Shown: in pieces, positions 25,095 to 38,790 of the stretch | Layout of the letters: every line of letters starts with the position of its first letter | Numbering within the stretch: the first letter of the stretch is position 1 | Assembly (NCBI GenBank): GCA_964016885.1 | Contig: OZ024746.1 | Location: forward strand, 38,750,001 to 38,814,000 | Source of the DNA: Eledone cirrhosa | Taxonomy: Eukaryota | DNA length: 64,000 nt | Direction: 5' to 3' | Program-made: the position numbers and the translations under genes | The notes under the pieces: generated by a model | What the model was told of the DNA's origin: nothing | What the model saw: only the letters and a program-made list of their open reading frames with translations | The model's database searches: none

Positions 25095-25944
25095 CAAGAT
25101 GAACAAAAGAAGTTACTCGTCTTGCTTCTATGTTCCTCTTAAATGAAGGTTCTTTTGAAAGAAAGTTGTTGTCATTTTTTGGAGAGTTTTCCTTTGCATT
25201 CTCAGGAACTTTACAAAGAACTGATTTAACATCAAATGAATAGTTATTTTCAGAAACTGACTTGCGCTTTTTGTAATCTTCAATTAAAATGTCCTCGCTG
25301 TTGTCATTTACAGAAGGTTCATCTGTGTTTGATGACTCCTTTTCATTGGATTCTTCTGTTCCTATTAAGTTTTTATAGATCTGTCTTTCGGCACTTGATA
25401 TTGTTCTCAAAATGTTTGGAGGCCTGTGATGTTCAACAGAATTTTTATTCGTGTTGGTGTTTCGGCTTATTTTTTTGTTCAATTCATTGAGGCTGTTTTG
25501 CCAGTTTTTATCAACAGTCTCTTCCAGCGAATTATCAGTATTATTTGTTTTAACTTCTTTTGGCAAATATGAATACCTGTAATTTTTATGAGACTCGTGG
25601 TAGTCAACTGATTCAGGCAATGTTGTTGATCCTGGTGATGGCACTGGTGTAGATGACAGTACTGGTGACGTTAACGATAATGGCGATAGTGGCTCTGATG
25701 ATTGTTTCGATTGTCGCAATGGTTCTAGTGCTTCAGCAATTCTATTTGGGGTTAATAACTTTTCAGTCTTTGAGCTAGTCTCTTCAATGGAGTTGTCAAT
25801 GTCATTGTACAAGTTTCTTGAGCAAACTGAAGGCTGGATACCAAAAACTGCTTGATTCTCTAAATCTTTTTCTCTTTTCAGTTGCAATCCAGGATCTACA
25901 TGCTTAGACACCTTTGGAAGGTAATCAGTTATCTTCTCAGGAGG
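25095..25944 (-). CDS. Host gene 850-bp exon, S/P/E/N-rich
   Basis: tatctttcag acceptor, GTAAGT donor and open frame. Phase 0 in, phase 1 out. Upstream exons were not found. Confidence 0.88.
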
Positions 25945-26554
25945 CTGAAAGATAAAATGAACACTTTCTATTATGTATCTGTATTTGTGTGCATTCATAA
26001 TAGGTTTTCTGAAAATTGCTTTCTTTTTACACAGATCAACAGGTTAAAGACATAGTTTCCTGTTTCAGATATTTATGTGAACTGAGATGAAATAAAATAA
26101 AGTAAGTTGTACAGAAACAACAAAACTTCATTGGATTTGAACTTATGACCTTAAAATATATAGTTGATGCATGATCCTTTAGCCATGTTAACATTGTATT
26201 CCACATGAAATAAATGCAGTGGTAGGTGGGTGGGTGTGCAGTTGTATAGCTTTTAATCCATACAAATGACACATGAGAATATTGAAACAAACCCCAACAT
26301 AGTTGCTTGACTTGCTAGAAATAACAGTCAAAATTTCCTTCTTCACACTCTACCATATTAAATAAGGAAGGATACATCGTCTAATATAACTCTGGAGAAA
26401 TTATACCTTAACCTTTTTGATACCAAACTGTTTGAAACTGCTCCTGTTCTATAACAGATGACTGTGTTTAAGTGTTTATATTTATCTAAAACGTTTCCAT
26501 AAAAATGTTATGTAAGAAACAATGTACGTAAGCTAAATTCTCAGACTTTTATGC

Positions 26555-26920
26555 ATCATCATTTAATGTCTATTATTCACATTAACATGGGTTAGATGGG
26601 TTGTACCATTTGAGGCAAGTCAGGTCAGGTGACCGTGTCTTGCTCACAGAGAACTGTTTCTGGCATCGTTTCTATGGATGTGTGTGCTTTTTGTCATAAC
26701 ACCTACGCAACCACTTTACAGTGTCGACTGGATGCCTTTTATTGTGGCACTGTAATGACCATTTTACAGTGTGGCATGGGTGCTTTCTGTCATGACACCA
26801 AAATGACAAATTACAGTGTAGACTGTGTGCTTTTTGCCATGATACCAACAAGACTACTTTACAGTGTGGGCCGGGCACTTTTCATCATGGTACCAAAATG
26901 ACCACTTTACAGTGTGGACT
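26555..26920 (-). repeat. RTE-tail SINE remnant with five tandem ~48-bp units
   Basis: Unit GGTGCTTTTTGCCATGGCACC...ACCACTTTACAGTGTGGACTG is repeated over 26683-26920. Confidence 0.65.
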
Positions 26921-27039
26921 GGGGACTAGGGTGGGGGTGTAAAGGTATGGGGTGATTTGAATGTGGGTGGAGTGTTAGGACATGGGAGGTGTATGGATCG
27001 GGAGAGGGAGAGTATGGGTTAAGGTGATGCATACTAGAT

Positions 27040-27488
27040 GTATGCCCATGGACATGCAAAAGGGGGTCTTCTGCATTACTGCATAAAACCAAAGATCTTG
27101 ATCCTGTGCCATTGCCTTTAAGAGGTGCAATTGGGCACGGTCAGATTTTACCACCTCATCCCAGGTCTTCCTACTCCATAGTTTCATCAACTTTAATTGC
27201 CCTGCACCTTTTTTATACAGCTATCATCTTTCATACGTATCACATGGCCATACCAATGCAATCTCCTCTCTTGAACACTGCATCTAATCTCTCTTACGCC
27301 CAGTTTCTTTCTCAGTTCATTTACACTTTGCCATTCATGTATATTACTATCACACATTCATCGGAGCATGCAGGCTTCATTTCTTTCCAATCTTTAAAGA
27401 TCCACTGCACACAGTGTCCAGGTATCACTATCATGCAACATTGCTGTTTGTATACATGCAACATACAATCTGCCCTTCATTTTGCGGA
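27040..27488 (-). mobile_element. Decayed RTE LINE 3' fragment
   Basis: RKTWDEVVKSD-like C-terminus, similar to 8700-9120. Confidence 0.7.
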
Positions 27489-27497
27489 AATATATAT

Positions 27498-27825
27498 ATC
27501 ATCATCATCATTTTACGTCCACTTTTGCTTGCTTGCAAGGGTGGCACGGGAACTGATTCTGGCTTGATTTCTACAGCTGGATGCCCTTCCTAACACCAAC
27601 CTCATTTACAGTGAGTGCTGGGTGCTTTTTTTTCCGTGGCACCTCCACGACCACTTTGCAGTGGAATGAGGTCCCTATCATCTCATTTCTACAGCTGAGT
27701 AAACTGGAGCAATGTGAAATAAAGTGTCTTGCTCAAGGAAACAACACATCACCCGGTCTGAGAATTGAACTCACAACCTTTCGATTACAAGGCCAATGCT
27801 CTAACCACTAAGCCATGTACCTCCA
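27498..27825 (-). mobile_element. SINE family A
   Basis: Near-identical to 4661-5012. Confidence 0.85.
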
Positions 27826-28319
27826 TATATATATATGGAGGCACATGGCTTAGTGGTTATATATATATATATAAAAGTAATGTGCTCAAGCACACAGATG
27901 CTATAAAATAGATTATAAAATAGATTGAAGACCCTAAAAGATGAAAAAGACGTTGCCATTGGCTTTTATGAGGAATTGAACCCTATATCCTTCAGATATC
28001 AGCAGACAGATAGAGAGACAGACACCTGCATGTAAATAAACAATGTAAGAACCTTTAAGTTATGTTCCAAAGACCATCTTAGTAATGAGAAAATTTATCA
28101 TATTACAAAATTCTTCCAAGTTCTTGATTATTTGAAACTCATAAACAGTGTCTTACAAAAGAAATATGTTAATGAAAGGGTTAAGAAAAAGTTGGGATTG
28201 TCAAGGCTGGAATGCTTTCTATCAATCATTGTTGGCCTGAGGTTAAACAATATCCACCATTGCTATCAATTTCACAGTAGCCAGTAACATACACATAATT
28301 AATGTTATTATCCCCATAC

Positions 28320-31300
28320 CCATCATCAGCACCACTATCATCACTATCATCATCATCATACCTATCATCAGCACCACTATCATCACCACAGTCATCATCA
28401 CCACAGCCATCATTACCATCATTACCACTACCATCATCATCACTACCATCATCATCATCATCACCACCACCACTACCATCACAACCACTATCATCACCAC
28501 CACCACTACCATCACCACCACTACCATCACCACCACTACCATCACCACCACTACCATCACCACCACTACCATCATCACCACTACCATCACCACCACTACC
28601 ATCACCACCACTACCATCACCACCACTACCATCATCACCACTACCATCATCACCACTACCATCACCACCACTACCATCACCACCACTACCATCACCACCA
28701 CTACCATCACCACCACTACCATCATCACCACTACCATCATCACCACTACCATCACCACCACTACCATCATCACCACTACCATCATCACCACTACCATCAC
28801 CACCACTACCACCACCATCACCACCACTACCATCACCACCACTACCATCATCACCACCACTACCATCACCACCACTACCATCACCACCACTACCATCACC
28901 ACCACTACCATCACCACCACTACCATCACCACCACTACCATCATCACCACCACCGTCATCACCACTACCGTCATCACCACTACCGTCATCACCACTACCA
29001 TCATCACCACTACCATCACCACCACTACCATCATCACCACCACTACCATCACCACCACTACCATCACCACCACTACCATCACCACCACTACCATCACCAC
29101 CACTACCATCACCACCACTACCATCATCACCATCACCGTCATCACCACTACCGTCATCACCACTACCATCACCACCACTACCATCATCACCACTACCATC
29201 ACCACCACTACCATCACCACCACTACCATCATCACCACCACCGTCATCACCACTACCGTCATCACCACTACCGTCATCACCACTACCATCACCACCACTA
29301 CCATCATCACCACCACTACCATCATCACCACTACCATCACCACCACTACCATCATCACCACTACCATCATCACCACCACTACCATCATCACCACTACCAT
29401 CACCACCACTACCACCACCACTACCATCACCACCACTACCATCACCACCACTACCATCACCACCACTACCATCATCACCACCACCATCATCACCACCACT
29501 ACCATCATCACCACCACTACCATCACCACCACTACCATCATCACCACCACCATCATCACCACCACTACCATCATCACCACCACTACCATCACCACCACTA
29601 CCATCACCACCACTACCATCATCACCACTACCGTCATCACCACTACCATCATCACCACTACCATCACCACCACTACCATCACCACCACTACCATCACCAC
29701 CACTACCATCATCACCACTACCATCATCACCACCACCATCATCACCACTACCATCATCACCACCACTACCATCACCACCACTACCATCATCACCACCACT
29801 ACCGTCATCACCACTAGCGTCATCACCATTATCATCATCACCACTACCATCATCACCACTACCATCACCACCACTACCATCACCACCACTACCATCATCA
29901 CCACTACCATCATCACCACCACCATCATCACCACCACTACCATCATCACCACCACTACCATCATCACCACTACCATCATCACCACTACCGTCATCACCAC
30001 TACCATCATCACCACTACCATCACCACCACTACCATCACCACCACTACCATCACCACCACTACCATCATCACCACTACCATCATCACCACCACCATCATC
30101 ACCACTACCATCATCACCACCACTACCATCACCACCACTACCATCATCACCACCACCATCATCACCACCACTACCATCATCACCACCACTACCATCATCA
30201 CCACTACCGTCATCACCACTACCATCATCACCACTACCATCATCACCACCACCATCATCACCACCACCATCATCACCACCACTACCATCATCACCACCAC
30301 TACCATCATCACCACTACCGTCATCACCACTACCATCACCACCACTACCATCACCACCACCACCATCATCACCACCACTACCATCATCACCACCACTACC
30401 ATCATCACCACCACTACCATCACCACCACTACCATCATCACCACTACCATCATCACCACTACCATCACCACCACTACCATCACCACCACTACCATCATCA
30501 CCACTACCATCACCACCACTACCATCACCACCACTACCATCACCACCACTACCATCACCACCACTACCATCACCACCACTACCATCACCACCACTACCAT
30601 CACCACCACTACCATCACCACCACTACCATCACCACCACTACCATCACCACCACTACCATCACCACCACTACCATCACCACCACTACCATCATCACCACT
30701 ACCATCATCACCACTACCATCATCACCACTACCATCACCACTACCGTCATCACCACTACCATCACCACCACTACCATCACCACCACTACCATCACCACTA
30801 CCATCACCACCACTACCATCACCACCACTACCATCATCACCACTACCATCACCACTACCATCACCACCACTACCATCACCACCACTACCATCATCACCAC
30901 TACCATCACCACCACTACCATCACCACTACCATCACCACCTCTACCATCACCACCACTACCATCATCACCACTACCATCACCACTACCATCACCACCACT
31001 ACCATCACCACCACTACCATCACCACCTCTACCATCACCACCACTACCATCATCACCACTACCATCACCACCACTACCATCACCACCACTACCATCACCA
31101 CCACTACCATCACCACCACTACCATCACCACCACTACCATCACCACCACTACCATCACCACCACTACCATCACCACCACTACCATCACCACCACTACCAT
31201 CACCACCACTACCATCACCACCACTACCATCACCACCACTACCATCACCACCACTACCATCACCACTACTACCATCACCACCACTACCATCATCACCACT

Positions 31301-34300
31301 ACCATCACCACCACTACCATCACCACCACTACCATCACCACCACTACCATCACCACCACTACCATCACCACCACTACCATCACCACCACTATCATCACCA
31401 CCACTACCATCACCACTACTATCATCACCACTACCATCATCACCACCATCATCATCACCACTACCATCACCACCACTACCATCACCATTACCATCATCAT
31501 CACCACTACCATCACCACTACCGTCATCACCACTACCATCACCACCACTACCATCACCACTACTACCATCACCACCACTACCATCATCACCACTACCATC
31601 ATCACCACTACCATCACCACTACTATCACCACCACTACCATCATCACCACCATCATCATCACCACTACCATCACCACCACTACCATCACCACCACTACCA
31701 TCACCACCACTACCATCATCACCACTACCATCACCACCACTACCATCACCACCACTACCATCACCACCACTACCATCACCACTACCATCATCACCACTAC
31801 CATCACCACTACCATCACCACCACTACCATCACCAGCACTACCATCACCATTACCATCATCATCACCACTACCATCACCACTACCGTCATCACCACTACC
31901 ATCACCACCACTACCATCACCACTACTACCATCACCACCACTACCATCATCACCACTACCATCATCACCACTACCATCACCACCACTACCATCACCACCA
32001 CTACCATCATCACCACTACCATCACCACCACTACCATCACCACCACTACCATCACCACCACTACCATCACCACCACTACCATCACCACCACTACCATCAC
32101 CACCACTACCATCACCACCACTACCATCACCACCACTACCATCACCACTACTACCATCATCACCACTACCATCATCACCACTACCATCATCACCACTACC
32201 ATCACCACCACTACCATCACCACTACTACCATCATCACCACTACCATCATCACCACTACCATCACCACCACTACCATCACCACTACTACCATCACCACCA
32301 CTACCATCACCACCACTACCATCACCACCACTACCATCACCACTACTACCATCATCACCACTACCATCATCACCACTACCATCACCACTACCGTCATCAC
32401 CACTACCATCACCACCACTACCATCACCACTACTACCATCATCACCACTACCATCACCACCACTACCATCACCACCACTACCATCACCACCACTACCATC
32501 ACCACCACTACCATCACCACTACTACCATCATCACCACTACCATCATCACCACTACCATCATCACCACTACCATCACCACCACTACCATCACCACTACTA
32601 CCATCATCACCACTACCATCATCACCACTACCATCACCACCACTACCATCACCACTACTACCATCATCACCACTGCCATCACCACCACTACCATCACCAC
32701 CACTACCATCACCACTACTACCATCATCACCACTACCATCATCACCACTACCATCACCACTACCGTCATCACCACTACCATCACCACCACTACCATCACC
32801 ACTACTACCATCATCACCACTACCATCACCACCACTACCATCATCACCACTACCATCACCACCACTACCATCACCACTACTACCATCATCACCACTACCA
32901 TCATCACCACTACCATCACCACCACTACCATCACCACTACTACCATCACCACCACTACCATCACCACCACTACCATCACCACTACCATCACCACCTCTAC
33001 CATCACCACCACTACCATCATCACCACTACCATCACCACTACCATCACCACCACTACCATCACCACCACTACCATCATCACCACTACCATCACCACCACT
33101 ACCATCACCACTACCATCACCACCTCTACCATCACCACCACTACCATCATCACCACTACCATCACCACTACCATCACCACCACTACCATCACCACCACTA
33201 TCATCACCACCACTACCATCATCACCACTACCATCACCACCACTACCATCACCACCACTACCATCATCACCACTACCATCACCACCACTACCATCACCAC
33301 CACTACCATCACCACCACTACCATCACCACCACTACCATCACCACCACTACCATCACCACCACTACCATCACCACCACTACCATCACCACCACTACCATC
33401 ACCACCACTACCATCATCACCACTACCATCATCACCACTACCATCATCACCACTACCATCACCACTACCGTCATCACCACTACCATCACCACCACTACCA
33501 TCACCACCACTACCATCACCACCTCTACCATCACCACCACTACCATCATCACCACTACCATCACCACTACCATCACCACTACCATCACCACCACTACCAT
33601 CACCACCACTACCATCATCACCACTACCATCACCACCACTACCATCACCACTACCATCACCACCTCTACCATCACCACCACTACCATCATCACCACTACC
33701 ATCACCACTACCATCACCACCACTACCATCACCACCACTATCATCACCACCACTACCATCAGCACCACTACTATCATCACCACTACCATCATCACCACTA
33801 CACCATCATCACCACTACCGTCATCACCTCTACCATCACCACCACTACTATCATCACCACTACCATCACCACCACTACCATCACCACCACTACCATCACC
33901 ACCACTATCATCACCACCACTACCATCACCACTACTATCATCACCACCACTACCATCACCACCACTACCATCACCACCACTACCATCACCACCACTACTA
34001 TCATCACCACTACCATCATCACCACTACACCATCATCACCACTACCGTCATCACCACTACCATCACCACCACTACTATCATCACCACTACCATCATCACC
34101 ACCATCATCATCACCACTACCATCACCACCACTACCATCACCACCACTACCATCACCACCACTATCATCACCACCACTACCATCACCACTACTATCATCA
34201 CCACCACTACCATCACCACCACTACCATCACCACCACTACCATCACCACCACTACTATCATCACCACTACCATCATCACCACTACACCATCATCACCACT

Positions 34301-34530
34301 ACCGTCATCACCACTACCATCACCACCACTACTATCATCACCACTACCATCATCACCACCATCATCATCACCACTACCATCACCACCACTACCATCACCA
34401 CCACTATCATCACCACCACTACCATCACCACCACTATCATCACCACCACTACCATCACCACCACTACCATCACCACCACTACCATCACCACTACCATCAC
34501 CACTACTATCATCACCACTATCATCATAAA
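28320..34530. repeat. 6.2-kb compound triplet minisatellite (CCA/CTA/TCA; 12/15/18-bp units)
   Basis: Dominant unit CCACTACCATCACCA with TCA/CCG/CCT variants. Confidence 0.97.
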
Positions 34531-34894
34531 CAATATCATCATCATTATCAAATCTGATGTCAACTTTCAATATTATTCCTTGACATAAATATGTTCACCA
34601 TATGCACCACACAGTATTGTCATTTTTATTGTTATTCCTTTTATCACTGCAAGGTCATTGACCTTTCACCATTACTAAATATTAGTAAACATCAAACTAA
34701 ATTATGCTTGGTTAAATTAGAGGAACGAGGGATAACATTAATATAGTGAGTCAATAAATATTATATATGCATGTGTGTATATGTGCAAGTGAAGGTGTGT
34801 GTGTGTGTGTGTATGTGCAAGTGAAGGTGTGTGTGTGTGTGTGTATAATAATCGTCTCTTTCTCCCTTTTTTCATATATATATATATATATATG

Positions 34895-35900
34895 TATATC
34901 AACTAGAAATTGATTGACATATCATCATCATCATCAACGTTTAACGTCCGTGTTCCACGCTTGCATGGGTTTGGACGGGGGTAGTCCCACTTGAGGCAAG
35001 AGTGATTGTCTTGCTCGCATAGGACTGTCTGGCAGGTTTTCTACAGTTGGATGCCCTTCCTAACACCAACCACATTTACAGTGTGGGTCTGGGAGGTTTT
35101 TACCGTGTTGCCTACACGGCCACATTACAGTGTGGACTGTGTGTTTTTAAGTCGTGACACCTACACGATCTCATTTGTTTCGGCCTGGATGGCGCGGCAC
35201 CAACATAACTTTACATAGAAACATATGAAACAATCACAGGGGATAATTTGTAAAAGTGTGTAAGCACACATAGCTAGGTAGGTAACTAAATAAAGTTTAA
35301 CTAGAACTTCAAAAATAGATACCTTATAATTTGATTAATCTTCCTCGTATATATTCCATTAAAGAAATATATTTCACCAATTAATCGATTGGTAAACGAC
35401 AGTAGCCAGATCCATTAAAGAAATATATTTCACCAATTAATCGATTGGTAAACGACAGTAGCCAGATCCATTAAAGAAATATATTTCACCAATTAATCGA
35501 TTGGTAAACGACAGTAGCCAGATCCATTAAAGAAATATATTTCACCAATTAATCGATTGGTAAATGACAGTAACCAGATCCAGGACCTGGCTACTGTCGT
35601 TTACCAATCGATTAATTGGTGAAATATATTTCTTTAATGGAATATATACGAGGAAGATTAATCAAATTATAAGGTATCTATTTTTAAAGTTCTAGTTAAA
35701 CTTTATTTAGTTACCTACCTAGCTATGTGTGCTTACACACTTTTACAAATTATCCCCTGTGATTGTTTCATATGTTTAATTATGTCAATCAATTTCTAGT
35801 TGATATAAAATGCTCGGATCTACTCACTAGAATCTTGAAGCATATTTTACGGGTGATATGGCGCATGTCTATCTGGCATGACACCCTTAATTTAATTTAA
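34895..35900. mobile_element. Long inverted-repeat element with 4x56-bp tandem array, probably Penelope-derived
   Basis: The left arm (34895-34921 plus 35219-35580) mirrors 35584-35806. 56-bp units start at 35355, 35411, 35467 and 35523. Confidence 0.7.
34922..35215 (-). mobile_element. RTE-tail SINE-like insert nested in the inverted-repeat arm
   Basis: (TGA)n tail and GGATGCCCTTCCTAACACCAACC body. Absent from the mirrored arm. Confidence 0.75.
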
Positions 35901-35942
35901 TTCAATTTATCTTAATTTTGGATATACATATATATATATATA

Positions 35943-36270
35943 TGGAAGCACATGGCTTAGTCGTTAGAGCATTGGCCTTGCAATCGAAAGATTGTGAGTT
36001 CAATTCTCAGACCGGGTGATGTGTTGTTTCCTTGAGCAAGACACTTTAGTTCACATTGCCCCAGTTTACTCAGCTGTAGAAATGAGATGATAGGGACAGG
36101 GTCCAAAGTAGTCGTGTAGGTGCCATGGCAAAAAAGCACCCAGCACTCACTGTAAATGAGGTTGGTGTTAGGAAGGGCATCCAGCTGTAGAAATCAAGCC
36201 AGAATCAGTTCTCGTCCCACCCTTGCAAGCAGGGAAAAAGCGGACGTAAAATGAAATGATGATGAAATGA
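35943..36270 (+). mobile_element. SINE family A
   Basis: TGGCTTAGTCG A box, GTTCAATTC B box and RTE-like tail. Confidence 0.85.
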
Positions 36271-36660
36271 TATATATATACATACATACATACATACATA
36301 TACACATACACTCATATAGTGGTTAGGGTGTTCAGTTTACAATTGTAAAGTTTTGAGCTTGATTCCTGGCAACACTGTGTCTATGAACAAAACACTGTAT
36401 TTTTCTTTATTCCACTCAAAAATTAGTTGTGCATTTAATTTAAGCTTAATCTCCCTGAGAACTACATTAAGGGTACATGTGTCTATAGAATGCTCAGCTA
36501 CTTACATATAAATTTCAGGAGAAGGTTGTTCCATTGGTCAACAATCTGAAATTCACACCATGAGAACCTACAGAGGTTTAATACACTCACACATGTATGT
36601 GTGTGTGTATGTACTGTAAAGTGGTCATGTAGGCACCCAGTACACACTGTAAAGTGGTTG

Positions 36661-37100
36661 TATAAGAAAAGAAATAAGATTTTGCTTCAAGCTACGGCTT
36701 CCTCAAACCGTATTCCTTTAGAAATACGAAATTTCTATACATATTGTATAAAGCTATGCTTGAAGCAAAATCTTAATTCTTTTCTATTATAAGTTGAGAC
36801 AACTTATGCAGCTTCATATGCAAATGAGATTAATCACCTCATTTACACAGACGAGAAAACTATATATTCTCGACTGTTTTCAAGTCCAGCAGTAGCAAGC
36901 GGTGGGAGGGACCGTCCTGACAAAGGCCAGTCAAGTCTGAAATGCATAGACGGTTGTCCACCTTGCTTCTGCTGACATCACCAGAGGGCGTTAGCCCCGG
37001 TGTTTGCATAGCTATGGCTTCCTCAAACCGTATTTCTTTAGAAATACGAAATTTCTATACATATTGTATAAAGCTATGCTTGAAGCAAAATCTTATTTCT
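36661..37100 (+). mobile_element. Retrozyme-like 320-bp non-coding unit (1.3-mer) with hammerhead motif
   Basis: 91-bp direct repeats at 36690-36780 and 37010-37100, a ~30-bp inverted 5' copy, and a hammerhead fold at 36887-36974. Confidence 0.7.
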
Positions 37101-37107
37101 CTCTCTC

Positions 37108-37163
<56 letters not shown>

Positions 37164-37169
37164 GCAATC

Positions 37170-38790
37170 AAAGTTGAGAACGTTGAGACATAGCTGGACT
37201 ATCAGAGATAGTCACTGAATTGCATAAAATATGTGCCAAAGCAGGTGTTGTATTAGTTACTCATATAGACTATCAGGTTGTACATAAATCTATTATACCC
37301 AATAACTTGGGTAGAAGTATCATCATTAACTGTTATAAGTAGAAAGATATGCACCAGACCAGAGAGAGGCAACTACATAGGCATCAAATTGTTTGACTAG
37401 ATTGTGAAAGTTATAAAAAGAGTTACAAACAGAATTAGCCAAGATTAAATGCAGTTCATTTCTATACAAGTAAGAAGTACTAATGATTTCAACTTTTTAT
37501 TGACAAAGCTGTTGAAGAAATTAGCTAGGAGTAAACCACTATAGTTAACATTTGTCAACCTGGAAAAGACCTGTCAGGAATGCATTCTATAATTGACTGG
37601 GCACTAAATAAATTAAGTGTAGATGAATGTTTCATAAGGGCCGTACAAGCCATGTACAGAGGTGCAGTTAGCAAAATAAAAAGCTGCAATGAGTTCAGGG
37701 TGAATGTAGGGGTACATCAGGATTCATTCTCAGCCCTCCCCTGTTTATTATGATCCTGCAAGCCATAACAGAGGAGTTTATGACTGGCTGTCAATGGAAT
37801 CTCCTGTATGCTGATGACCTAGTTCCTATTGCAGAATCTTTCAGAGAGTTTGAGTAGAAATACCAGACAAAAGTAAAACCTGGAATTAAAATCGAACAAA
37901 ATATATTTAGCGAAGACTAAAGTTTTGAAAAATAAGAAAGAAGATTTATGGATATGTTGTTGCTCCAAGAGTTTTTCGCAGTTTCTGTGAATTCTACTCA
38001 GACATTTTTCTCAGCAGTCTTGAGTAAATATATAAATAGTGTATTTTCCATTATTATTCTTATCTTGGGCCCCATCGAAGAAGATTCCATGCCATCATGG
38101 AAATGATCATGCTCAGTATCCAGAAAAAGTGTAGGTAGAAATTTCAAACATTATCTCAAGTGTAAACTATGGATGTACAAGAAGTGTAGTGGAACCACAG
38201 ACAGGCTGATAGTGATAGTAAATTTTGTATGCATAAAAATGCTCCAGGTTCCTACAAATAGTTGATAGATTTTTTATATCTAAGTGACTTAATTAGCAGT
38301 GGAGATGAGTATTCCAAAAGCATAATAGCAAGAATAGAGAATGAGGTTGAGAAAGTTCAATATATTAATAACCCTTGTTTATATTAAAGGGTTTCTCTCT
38401 CAAAGTGAAGTACAAATTGTATGATGCTTTGTGTGATGCTACATAGTAACAGATATGGACTTTGCAAATAATTTGTGAAGACTAATAAGAAATGGAGTGA
38501 TTATGCTCCAGTGGTAGAATATAGTTAGTTTATATGAATAATGAAACACAAATGAGTTGATGAGAGAAAGAGGAGTTAAATACAGTATGCAAAAACAAGC
38601 TGAAATACTTCATACACAGCTGCATGGTATGAATAAATTTGAAAGTGATTTGCATACAACTTGGCTAACAACATATGTACACTATATTTCTTTCTGTGTG
38701 TGTGTGCATGCATGTGTGTATAGGGGACAGTTGAGCTGAAAGGTGAGAAAGGAATAGACAGAGTTTTCAATATTGGAAAGCACAACATCA
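37170..38790 (+). mobile_element. Heavily decayed RTE LINE
   Basis: FVNLEK, VGVHQ, WNLLYADDLV and PHD remnants collinear with 8640-11882. Interrupted at about 37945-38095. Confidence 0.8.

Noticed and set aside
28243-34570. 2075-aa extensin-like and 1851-aa poly-V/M ORFs
   Set aside because: They are open only because of triplet composition, with no unique coding context or splice support.
35355-35580. Repeat array resembling CRISPR
   Set aside because: The units are contiguous with no unique spacers, in a eukaryotic context.
35943-36015. tRNA gene
   Set aside because: The A/B boxes belong to a SINE head that continues into the SINE body. No complete cloverleaf was seen.
36818-36825. Octamer ATGCAAAT in the retrozyme-like unit
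   Set aside because: A single 8-mer is expected by chance in AT-rich DNA and also occurs near 44192. No other promoter support.
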